56,884 bases of DNA. Source: Kofleriaceae bacterium. GTDB lineage: Bacteria > Myxococcota_A > Polyangia > Haliangiales > Haliangiaceae. A model generated the notes under the pieces. It was not told where the DNA came from, did no database searches, and worked only from the letters and a program-made list of their open reading frames with translations. Position 1 is the first letter of the stretch. Each line of letters opens with the position of its first letter. This document shows positions 14,576-22,289 of this stretch, piece after piece. The stretch is taken from the NCBI GenBank assembly GCA_048500355.1, contig JASNYD010000006.1, forward strand, positions 608,211-665,094. The letters run 5' to 3'. Both the position numbers and the translations under genes were made by a program.

Positions 14576-15805
14576 ATGCTCGCCCTCGACAGCCTGGTCA
14601 CCGACCTCATCTTCCAGCAGTCGGCCCAGATCGATCAGCAGACGCTGATCGACGCCCTCGGCGGCCTCGACGTCGCCCGGCAGCGCAAGCTGCTCGACCC
14701 CGACATGCTCGATCCCCGCATGGAGATGGAGCTGTCGCCGTCGATGCCGTTCCGTCGCCGCGGCGAGCGCCGCCTGCTCATCATCGACGACAGTCAGCCG
14801 CTGCGCGAGGATCCACAGGAGCCGCTGGTCGCGGTCGACCTGCGGCCGGCGCGCGACGCGCTCATCGCCATGTGCGAGGCGCTGCCGGTGCGCCTGGGCC
14901 GGCTGTTCGCGCTCGGCGCCTGGGGCGACGCGGTGCTGGTGGCGCGCGAGGCGCGCGACCTGCGCGCGATCTGCCTGCTGGCGTGGGCGCTCGACCCCAC
15001 GGTGGACATCGACGGCAAGCGGCGGGCCAGCCAGCTCTCGAAGCAGGAGTTCGAGGCCAAGATCATGGCCTACGAGAAGCGCCTCGACGAGCTCGACGAC
15101 CAGGCCATCCTCGCCGCCACCGTCGGCCTCAACGTCGAGCGCCGCGGCGAGCTGATCGTCGTCGACGTGCTGGCCGCCGACGGCACCTGGGATCAGCGGC
15201 GGTCGCTGGCGATGGAGCAGCAGCTCGCGGCGATGGAGCGGTTCTCGCTGATCCCGGGCGCGCCGGCGTCGCCGCGGGTCGAGGCCGCCCGCCCCGCCGC
15301 CGCCAGCAGCGGCGCCACGCCGGCGCGCGGCCGCGCCGAGGGGGCGAAGCCCGAGGCGGCGGCGGCGCCGTCGCCGGAGCCGCCGCCGCCGGAGCCGATC
15401 GGGCCGCCGCTCACGACCGCCGAGATCGGCGGCGCGGTGGTCATCGTCTTCCCGGCCGAGCGCTTCGACCTCGACGTGGCGGCCGCGCTCGGGAAGCGCG
15501 ACTGGGATCAGGTCATCCGCGCCGGCGACGCCTTCCCGGGCGCGATCCGCGACCGCATCCAGCGCGACGGCGCCGGGTGGGTGGCGCCGCTCGAGTTCCT
15601 GTCCGAGGTCTTCGTCGATGGCAAGCCGCTGTCGCGGCCGGCGTTCGAGGCCGGCGCCCGGGCGGCCAGCGGCGGCGTGCGCGAGCTCGAGGTCCACTTC
15701 CCGCGCTTCGGACCGGTGATGCTGCTCGACGTCCCCGGCAAGGGTCGGTTCGTGAGCTCGCTGCGCGACCACACCGAGGCGGTGGTCGCGCTGGTGGCCC
15801 GGTGA
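14576..15805 (+). CDS. Hypothetical cytoplasmic protein (409 aa)
   Basis: The internal ATG at aa 33 of ORF 14480..15805 follows the upstream stop by 12 nt. GC3 is high. No recognisable domain. Confidence 0.55.
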   Translation: MLALDSLVTDLIFQQSAQIDQQTLIDALGGLDVARQRKLLDPDMLDPRMEMELSPSMPFRRRGERRLLIIDDSQPLREDPQEPLVAVDLRPARDALIAMCEALPVRLGRLFALGAWGDAVLVAREARDLRAICLLAWALDPTVDIDGKRRASQLSKQEFEAKIMAYEKRLDELDDQAILAATVGLNVERRGELIVVDVLAADGTWDQRRSLAMEQQLAAMERFSLIPGAPASPRVEAARPAAASSGATPARGRAEGAKPEAAAAPSPEPPPPEPIGPPLTTAEIGGAVVIVFPAERFDLDVAAALGKRDWDQVIRAGDAFPGAIRDRIQRDGAGWVAPLEFLSEVFVDGKPLSRPAFEAGARAASGGVRELEVHFPRFGPVMLLDVPGKGRFVSSLRDHTEAVVALVAR

Positions 15806-15889
15806 CCCAGGCCGCCCGGCGGCGGGCGGAGCTGGGGCGGGCCGCGCGGGGTGGCGGGGGCCGCGTCGCTGCCGTGCCGCTGGTGAGCG

Positions 15890-16140
15890 TCGGCGGTGCC
15901 CATCGGCGGGCCGGGCTCGGGCGGGCCGCGCGGGCCGCGCGCGCGGCGGCCGCGCGTCGGCGGCGCCCGTCGGCGCGCCGGCCTCGGGCGGGCCGCGCGC
16001 GTCGGCGGCCGCGGCGCCGCCGCGCCGCCGGTGAGCGGTGGCCGCGCCCGGCGGCGCGCCGGGCTCGTGCTGACCGCGCGGGTGGCGATCGTCGGCGGCG
16101 CCCGTCGGCGCGCCGGGCTCGTGCTGGCCGCGCTGGCGGC
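15890..16140. repeat. GC-rich imperfect minisatellite (~40-60-bp units x3-4)
   Basis: Recurring gtcggcgg[c/t]gcccgtcggcg[c/g]gccgg[g/c]ctcg[g/t]gc[g/t]g... units. In frame they encode repeated VGGARRRAGL(V/G)L-type, signal-like segments. Confidence 0.5.
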
Positions 16141-17290
16141 GAGCGTCGGCGTCGGCGTCGACGTCGCCGCGGCCGCGCCCGGCGACGCGCCGGTGGGCCG
16201 CGTCGTGTTCGCTCGCGACCGCTCGCTATGGCTCACCGATCCGCTCGGCAAGCGGCCGCCGGTCGAGGTGGCGACGCTGCCGGCGGCGGCCAGCGAGGTG
16301 CGGGCGATCCGCTCCGACGCTGCCGGGACCCGGCTGCTGGTGGACGTCGCCGGACGCTGGTACTGGGCGCCGGTGCCCGATGCCGGCGCGGGCCCGGTGA
16401 CGCCGAGCGCGCTGCCGTGCGGTCCCGGGCCGGCGCGCCTGGCGGCGCGCGGCGACCTGGTGCTGTGCGCGACCCCGGCGGGCAGCGCCCGGCTGGTGCG
16501 GCTCGGCGATGGCAAGCTGTTCGACCGGCCGGCGCCGGCGGCCGCGGCGTCGGTGGTCGAGCGCGGCGGCGTGCGCGAGCTGGTCTGGGACGGTGGCCCG
16601 GCCGGCGTGCTGGCGGCGCCGCTGTCGCGGCCGGGCGACACGCGGGTGGTGGCGCCGACGGCGCCGCTGCGCGGGCTGCTGGCGGCGCCCGACGGCAGTC
16701 GCGGCGTCGGGGTGTACCGGGCACAGGTCAAGAAGCCAGCCAGCCCGGGCGAGCGCGACGAGCTCGTCGGGTTCGCGCTCGACGGCACCGCGGCGCGGCG
16801 GCGGCTCATCCGGGACGGGGTAGTGCTGGACTGGTCGTGGGACTCGCGCTGGCTGCTGGTCCAGGACGGCGCCAAGGCGTGCATCGCGCGCGCGGTGGGC
16901 GGCCAGTTCAAGTGCTGGAAGGGCTACACCGCGGTGTCCCTGGCGCCCGACGGGAGCTGGGCACTGGTGGTGGGCCCGCGCGCGGGCGCCGCCGAGGCCG
17001 AGGCCGCTGGCCGCGCCGGCGCCGACGCCGGGGGCGCCGACGGCGAGCGGGCTGAGGACGAGGACGAGGTCGAGGATGGCGACGCGGACGGTCAGGACGG
17101 TCAACCCCGGAGCGCCGCCCCGGTCGACATTGCCGTGCCGCTGCCCCACGGCCCCTTCTCGCTCTACCGGGCGCGACTCGCCGGCCCGTACACCGAGCGC
17201 CCGGCCCTCGTCGAGACCGTGGTCGACGGCGCCGCGCTCTGGCTACCCGCGGCGCCGCCCCCTGCACCCGGGTCCGCGCCGGCGCCCTGA
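16082..17290 (+). CDS. Hypothetical secreted protein (start uncertain, GTG at ~16082)
   Basis: Signal-like RRRAGLVLAALAASVGVGVDVAAAAP is followed by a beta-rich region (RVVFARDRSLWLTDPLGK...WSWDSRWLLVQDG). The 5' part of ORF 15896..17290 lies in a GC-rich minisatellite. Confidence 0.5.
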   Translation: MAIVGGARRRAGLVLAALAASVGVGVDVAAAAPGDAPVGRVVFARDRSLWLTDPLGKRPPVEVATLPAAASEVRAIRSDAAGTRLLVDVAGRWYWAPVPDAGAGPVTPSALPCGPGPARLAARGDLVLCATPAGSARLVRLGDGKLFDRPAPAAAASVVERGGVRELVWDGGPAGVLAAPLSRPGDTRVVAPTAPLRGLLAAPDGSRGVGVYRAQVKKPASPGERDELVGFALDGTAARRRLIRDGVVLDWSWDSRWLLVQDGAKACIARAVGGQFKCWKGYTAVSLAPDGSWALVVGPRAGAAEAEAAGRAGADAGGADGERAEDEDEVEDGDADGQDGQPRSAAPVDIAVPLPHGPFSLYRARLAGPYTERPALVETVVDGAALWLPAAPPPAPGSAPAP

Positions 17291-17554
17291 CGAGAAGGCC
17301 CTCAGCGCCTACCGGGGTTGCTCCGCCCGGCCGCTTCCCCCCTACCGGCCCCCTTCTGGCCCCCTTCCGGGGTTGCTCCACCCCCGGGTTGCTCCGCCCC
17401 CGCTCCCCCCGGCGCCGCCCCGGCCCCCTTCCGGGGTTACCCCGCCCGGCCGCTTCCCCTCGGCGCCGCCCCGGCCCCCCTTCCAGGGCCCGGACCGCCC
17501 CGGGCCGCTGCCCCGTCCCCCCGGGGCTCCATCAGGGTGGAGCTCCGATGGATC

Positions 17555-17615
17555 CCGGCCGGATTTCGGACGCGTCCGGAATCCGGCCGGGTCCCCGGCC
17601 GGATTCCGGACGCGT
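17555..17615. repeat. REP-like palindromic element (36-bp near-perfect palindrome plus half-copy)
   Basis: ccggccggatttcggacgcgtccggaatccggccgg, then gtccccggccggattccggacgcgt. It lies ~80 nt upstream of the transposase-like gene. Confidence 0.55.
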
Positions 17616-17693
17616 AGCACTGCAACGACTGCAGATCACACGCGCCGATGACCGGCACGCGCTGTGCTTCTTCCGCGGCGCGAGCGTGAAGCC

Positions 17694-18590
17694 ATGACAC
17701 TCCCCCGACAGGTCATTCCGGGCTCCTTCTACAAGATCACGCGTCGTTGCACACAACGGCAGTGCTTGCTCCACCCGAATCCGGTGACGAACGAGATCTT
17801 CCTCTACTGCCTGGCTGAGGCCGCTCAGCGTTTCGACATCGAGGTCATGCTCCCTACTGCCCTCTCCAACCACCATCACACCGACATCTTCGACCGGCAC
17901 GGCAACGTCATCCCGTTCGTCGAGCACTTCCATAGGCTGCTCGCGAAGTCCATGAACGCCTATCTCGGACGTTCCGAGAACTTCTGGTCGAGCGAACAGG
18001 TCTCCATCGTTCGGATCGAGGATCCCGCGGACGTGATCGACAAGCTCGTCTACACCGCGCTCAACCCGGTCGCCGCCGACCTCGTCGAGCGCGTCGCCGA
18101 TTGGCCCGGGGTCTCGGGGCTCGAGGACCTGCTCGCCCAGCGCACCATCACCGTCAAGCGTCCGAGCTGCTTCTTCAGCGCCAACGGCTCCATGCCGGAG
18201 ACCGTGACGCTGAGCCTCGTGATCCCGCCGGAGCTCGGCGATAGCGACGCGATCCGGCGAGAGCTGAGGGAACGCGTCGCTGCCGGTGAGCTGCGGCTGG
18301 CCGCGGAGCGGACGCAAGCGGGCAGACGCGTGCTCGGGCGTCGTGGCATCCTGAAGCGTTCGTGGCGCGACTTCCCCGCAACCGAAGCGCCACGCCGAGG
18401 ACTGCGGCCTCGATTCGCCGCGCGCTCGCGCGCCGTCCTGGAGGCCGCGATCCAGCGGTACCACGAGTTCCTCTGCGCCTACCGACAGGCGCGCCGAGCG
18501 TGGCTGGAAGGCGAAGCTCCGCATTTCCCGGCGGGGACGTACTGGCTCCAGCGCTTCGCGGGGGTCACCGTGGCTCCCCTGTTTCAATGA
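17694..18590 (+). CDS. IS200/IS605-like (Y1 HuH) or REP-associated tyrosine transposase (RAYT)-like protein; low-GC, probably horizontally acquired
   Basis: The ORF is ~59% GC against ~73% in its flanks. It has an HHH motif (LSNHHHTDIF) with Tyr downstream. REP-like near-perfect palindromes sit just upstream at 17555-17615. The family assignment is tentative because 299 aa is long for an IS200 TnpA. Confidence 0.45.
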   Translation: MTLPRQVIPGSFYKITRRCTQRQCLLHPNPVTNEIFLYCLAEAAQRFDIEVMLPTALSNHHHTDIFDRHGNVIPFVEHFHRLLAKSMNAYLGRSENFWSSEQVSIVRIEDPADVIDKLVYTALNPVAADLVERVADWPGVSGLEDLLAQRTITVKRPSCFFSANGSMPETVTLSLVIPPELGDSDAIRRELRERVAAGELRLAAERTQAGRRVLGRRGILKRSWRDFPATEAPRRGLRPRFAARSRAVLEAAIQRYHEFLCAYRQARRAWLEGEAPHFPAGTYWLQRFAGVTVAPLFQ

Positions 18591-18824
18591 GTGCGCGACG
18601 AACCGAGTGAACACGCGGCCCGGCAGGCCGCGCCGTCGCGGCGTGGTGCGGAGCGCGCGAGAACCGCGAGCCCGCGTGGCTGCAGCGGCACCGCCGACCA
18701 TGCTTCGCCGGTGCCCATCGAAACAACCCCGGTGGGGCGGCGGACGGGCGTCGGAACTCCGGGCGTCGGAACTCCGGACCCGCTGCGACGTTGGCGGGGC
18801 GCTGGGCCGCGGCAACGTTCCGGT

Positions 18825-19571
18825 TCAGGCGAGGGCGGCCGTGACGTAGTGGGCGACGCGCGGCGCCAGGACGGAGGGATCGCCGCGGGCGCCGCGGCGC
18901 AACCAGCGCTGGGTGAACGCATGGATGATGCCGGCCACGACCGCGGCGGCGTCGGCGGCGTCGGCGCGGGCAACCCCGGTGTGGCGGTAGAGCCAGGTCG
19001 CGAGCGCCAGCAGGTAACGCTCGGCCCCGGACCGCACCGCCTGCGCCAGCCGCGGGCAGGCGGCGACCACCGGGAAGACGAGGAGGGTGTCGCGCCAGGC
19101 GGCGGCGACGCGGAGCTGGTGGGAGACGAGGAGCTCGAGGGCGTGGCGCCGCGACAGGCCGGCGGGCACCGGCTCGGCGAGCGTGCCGGCGAAGGCGTGC
19201 CAGAGCTCGGCGTGGAGCGCGAGGAACAGGTCGTCCTTGCCGCGGAAGTGCTCGTAGAGCGACGATGCCGCCATGCCCGCTGCTCCGGCGACGTCCTGCA
19301 TCGAGGTGTCCGCGCCCCGGCGCGCCATCGCCCGGGCCGCGGCCTCGAGGATGCGCCCCCGCGCCCCACTCGACCGCGCCGCCCCGCTCGACCGCGCCGC
19401 CCCGCTCGACCGCGCCGCCCCGCCCGACCGCGCCGCCCCGCCCGACCGCGCCGCCCCGCCCGACCGCGCCGCCCGGCCCGACCGCGTCGGCGCGGCGAGC
19501 CGTGCAGATCTCGCAGACCGTGCAGATATCGCAGACTTGCGGGGGGAGGTGGCCATGCTACGAACGAGCAT
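18825..19571 (-). CDS. TetR-family transcriptional regulator; start ambiguous because ATG candidates at 19571 and 19556 collide with the divergent efflux gene start
   Basis: TetR HTH: GRILEAAARAMARRGADTSMQDVAGAAGMAASSLYEHFRGKDDLF. As drawn, the N-terminal ~70 aa are encoded by an 18-bp x7 tandem repeat (AARSGG/AARSSG). The minus-strand ATGs have no SD. Confidence 0.7.
   Translation of the reverse strand: MLVRSMATSPRKSAISARSARSARLAAPTRSGRAARSGGAARSGGAARSGGAARSSGAARSSGAARSSGARGRILEAAARAMARRGADTSMQDVAGAAGMAASSLYEHFRGKDDLFLALHAELWHAFAGTLAEPVPAGLSRRHALELLVSHQLRVAAAWRDTLLVFPVVAACPRLAQAVRSGAERYLLALATWLYRHTGVARADAADAAAVVAGIIHAFTQRWLRRGARGDPSVLAPRVAHYVTAALA
19361..19486. repeat. 18-bp tandem repeat x7 (gccccgc[t/c]cgaccgcgcc) in the TetR/efflux divergent region
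   Basis: Seven consecutive copies in two sub-variants (CTC and CCC). It is followed at ~19499-19534 by two more 18-bp copies of a different unit (cgtgcagatctcgcagac / cgtgcagatatcgcagac), each containing a GCAGAT(C/A)TC palindrome-like core. Confidence 0.7.
19499..19534. promoter_or_regulatory. Candidate TetR operator: 2 x 18-bp direct repeats with internal dyad symmetry immediately upstream of the efflux operon RBS
   Basis: cgtgcagatctcgcagac and cgtgcagatatcgcagac lie ~20 nt upstream of GGGGGGAGGTGG and ATG 19555. Confidence 0.35.
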
Positions 19572-20958
19572 TCGGAGCGACCGAATGCCCGTTCGGATCG
19601 AAGTTGACCCCCGCTCACCTCGCTGTCAAGCCGCCCTCCGTCGCGCGGCCGTGGCGCTGCTCGTGCTGCTCGCCCTCGCCGGCACCGCCGCCGCCGCCCC
19701 CCTCACCCTCGACGAGGCGGTGCGCCTCGCCCTCGACACCTCCGAGGACGTACGCGCCGCACGCGCCCGCCGCGCCCAGGCCGACGCCGGCGTCACCGCC
19801 GCGCGCGCCGCGCTCCTGCCCGGCCTCACCCTCACCGGCTCGTACACGCGCCGCGCCCGCGAGGTGACGCGCAACGTCGGCGGCGAGGACGTCACGATCC
19901 AGAGCGCCAACGCCCTGGGCGCCAACCTCACCGTCGCCACCACGCTCTTCGACGGCCGCGCCTACCCGCTCCTGCGCGCGGCCCGCCGCCAGCGCGACGC
20001 CGCCACGCTCGACGAACAGGAGCGCCGCCGCCAGATCGCGTTCGGCGCGGCCGCCGCCTTCCTCACCGCGCTCGGCCACGAGCGCGTCGTCGACGCCGCT
20101 GTCCGTCGCCAGGAGTTCGCGGTCGCCCGCCAGCGCGACGCCGCCGCCCGCGTCGACGCCCGCCTGGTCTCCACCAACGATCGCACCCAGGCCGATCTCG
20201 AGGTCGCCACCGCCAGCCGCGAGCTCGCCGGCGCGCGCGCCGCCCTCGCCGTCGCCTACGCCGAGCTGGCGTGGTGGATCGGCGGCGACGTGGCCGGCCC
20301 CCTGGTCGAGCCCGATCGCCTCCACGCGACCGCGAGCGCGCCCCAGCCCGATCCCGCCGGCCTCGCCGACCTCGCCCACCGGCAGCGGCCCGACCTCGCC
20401 GCCACCCGCCTCCGCGTCGACGTCGCCCGCGAGCTCGCCGCCGAGCCCGGCCGCCGCGCCTGGCCGACCCTCGACCTGATCGGCCAGTACCGCCTCACCA
20501 ACGAGGCCGGCCTCTCGGGTCACAACACCGACTGGCTGGTGACGCTCAGCGCCACCTGGGAGCTGTGGGACGGCGGTCGCCGCGGCGCCGACGCCCGGGC
20601 CCGCGCGCTCGACGTCGAGCTGGCCCACCTCGACGTCAGCGCCGCCGATCGCCGCGCCCGCGCCGAGCTCGCCGCCGCCCGGGCCCGCCTCGACGGCGCG
20701 CGCGCCGCCCTGCCCCCCGCCGAGCAGGTGGCGGCGGCCGCGGCCCAGCACGCCGACGAGGTCGCCGTCCTCTACGCCCAGGGCCTGGCCCGCGCGCTCG
20801 ACGTGGTCGACGCCGGCGCCCGCCGCTACGATGCCGAGGTGGCGGTCGCCCGGGCCCGCGTCGAGCTCGCCGCCGCCTGGCTCGAGCTGGGCCTGGCCAC
20901 CGGCGCCCCGCCCCTCGCGACCCCGACCTCGCCCTCACCCGACGGAGACTCGCCGTGA
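19555..20958 (+). CDS. TolC-like outer membrane factor of an RND efflux system
   Basis: The ATG at 19555 is preceded by GGGGGGAGGTGG. The signal peptide reads ...RRAAVALLVLLALAGTAAAAP. Typical OMF repeats follow (LTLDEAVRLALDTSEDVRAARARRAQADAGVTAARAALLPGLTLTGSYTRR). An alternative ATG is at 19585. Confidence 0.8.
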   Translation: MLRTSIRSDRMPVRIEVDPRSPRCQAALRRAAVALLVLLALAGTAAAAPLTLDEAVRLALDTSEDVRAARARRAQADAGVTAARAALLPGLTLTGSYTRRAREVTRNVGGEDVTIQSANALGANLTVATTLFDGRAYPLLRAARRQRDAATLDEQERRRQIAFGAAAAFLTALGHERVVDAAVRRQEFAVARQRDAAARVDARLVSTNDRTQADLEVATASRELAGARAALAVAYAELAWWIGGDVAGPLVEPDRLHATASAPQPDPAGLADLAHRQRPDLAATRLRVDVARELAAEPGRRAWPTLDLIGQYRLTNEAGLSGHNTDWLVTLSATWELWDGGRRGADARARALDVELAHLDVSAADRRARAELAAARARLDGARAALPPAEQVAAAAAQHADEVAVLYAQGLARALDVVDAGARRYDAEVAVARARVELAAAWLELGLATGAPPLATPTSPSPDGDSP

Positions 20959-22289
20959 ACCGTCCCGCCCGCCTCGCCCTCTGTGCGCTCCTCCTCGCCC
21001 CGGCGCTGGGCTGCGGCGACGGCAAGGCTGGCGGAAAGCCACCGGCGCGCCGCGAGGTCAAGTTCCCGGTGGAGGTCCGCCCGGTCGAGCTGCGCGCCGT
21101 CGAGTACGGCGTCAACGCTCTGGGGACCATCGACGTGTTCGAGCGGGTCCAGGTCACCGCGCGGGTCGCCGGCGTCGTCGACGCGGTCAAGTTCACCGAG
21201 GGCGACGTCGTGACGCGGAACCAGGTCCTGGTCGCGATCGATCCGGCGCGCTTCGCCCTCGCCGAGCGCCAGGCCCGAGCCGCCGTCGATCGCGCGCGCA
21301 TCGCCGTCACCGACGCCGAGGCCGGCCTCGCCCGCCGCGAGTCGGCGGACCGCAGCAACCCCGGCCTCATCCCCGGCGAGGAGCTCGAGACCTGGCGCAA
21401 CCGGGTGGCCGCGGCCAAGGCCGACCTCGCCGAGCGCGCCGTCGCCCGCGATCGGGCAGCCCTCGACCTCAAGGACGCCTACGTCCGCGCCCCCATCGCC
21501 GGCGAGATCGAGTCGCGCCAGGTCGCGACCGGCGCCTACGTCCAGCCCGGCACCGTGCTGGCCACGATGGTCCGCCGCGAGCCGCTGCGCCTGCGCTTCG
21601 ACGTGCCCGAGGCCGAGGCCGCGCCGATGGCCAAGGGCGGGCTCGCCCGCTTCACGATCACCGGTCACGACCACGTCTTCACCGCCACGATCGTGCATGT
21701 GGCGGCCGCCGCCGAACCGACCTCGCGCATGGTCCGCGTCACCGCCGAGATCGATGACCCCGACCGCGCCCGCCTGCGCGCCGGCGGGTTCGCCCAGGTC
21801 GTCGTTCCGGTGGGCGGCACCGCCCAGGCCCCGGTCATCCCCGAGACCGCGATCCGCCCCAGCGAGCGGGGCTTCCTCGCCTTCGTGGTCGAGGGCGAGG
21901 TCGCCCGCGAGCGCATCCTCGAGCTCGGCCTGCGCACCGCCGACGGCCTGGTCGAGGTCCGCCGCGGCCTCGCCTCCGGCGAGCAGCTCGTCGTCCGCGG
22001 CGCCGAGGCGCTGCGCGAAGGCGCGCCGATCCGCCTCGGCGTCAAGCCGGGTCAGGGCGGCCCCGGCGGCCCAGGCGGCCCCGGCGGCCCCGGCGGCCGC
22101 GGCGGCAACGGCGGCCCCGGCGACAAGGGCGGCCCCGGCGGCAAGGGCGGCGACACGCCGGGCCCGCCCGCGGCCGCGCCCGCCCCCACCGCGCCGGCGC
22201 CCGACGCGCCCTCCCCGGCCCCGCCGTCCCCGGCCGCGCCCGCCGGCGCCGCACCCGCCCCCGCCGCGCCGCCCGGGGGGCCGCGGTGA
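20955..22289 (+). CDS. RND efflux periplasmic adaptor (membrane fusion protein), lipoprotein-type, with Gly/Pro-rich C-terminal tail
   Basis: GTG start by GTGA overlap with the OMF stop. Lipobox LLAPALGCGDG. MFP-like beta-barrel and lipoyl motifs (VRAPIAGEIESRQVATGAYVQPGTVLATMV). The tail is GGPGGPGGPGG.... Confidence 0.85.
   Translation: MNRPARLALCALLLAPALGCGDGKAGGKPPARREVKFPVEVRPVELRAVEYGVNALGTIDVFERVQVTARVAGVVDAVKFTEGDVVTRNQVLVAIDPARFALAERQARAAVDRARIAVTDAEAGLARRESADRSNPGLIPGEELETWRNRVAAAKADLAERAVARDRAALDLKDAYVRAPIAGEIESRQVATGAYVQPGTVLATMVRREPLRLRFDVPEAEAAPMAKGGLARFTITGHDHVFTATIVHVAAAAEPTSRMVRVTAEIDDPDRARLRAGGFAQVVVPVGGTAQAPVIPETAIRPSERGFLAFVVEGEVARERILELGLRTADGLVEVRRGLASGEQLVVRGAEALREGAPIRLGVKPGQGGPGGPGGPGGPGGRGGNGGPGDKGGPGGKGGDTPGPPAAAPAPTAPAPDAPSPAPPSPAAPAGAAPAPAAPPGGPR

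Larger units (their letters stand above)
17540..18800 (+). mobile_element. Candidate IS200/RAYT-type element or REP-associated island; low-GC gene flanked by palindromic and direct repeats
   Basis: GC drops across 17690-18600. A 36-bp near-perfect palindrome (ccggccggatttcggacgcgtccggaatccggccgg) and a half-copy lie upstream. A 15-16-bp tandem direct repeat (gggcgtcggaactccg x2) lies downstream at ~18746-18777. Confidence 0.3.

Noticed and set aside
14872-17055. 727-aa plus-strand Arg-rich ORF
   Set aside because: It is an alternative frame running through two real genes. The RRRR/GRAG-dominated composition is a frame artefact.
17532-18815. 427-aa minus-strand ORF overlapping the transposase-like gene
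   Set aside because: It is antisense to the better-supported plus-strand ORF, which has the HHH motif and coherent hydrophobic pattern. The minus-strand translation is low complexity.
19361-19534. Possible CRISPR array
   Set aside because: The units are 18 bp, directly abutting, with no unique spacers. This is a plain tandem repeat, not a CRISPR. The same applies to the arrays at 55138-55250 and 56520-56884.
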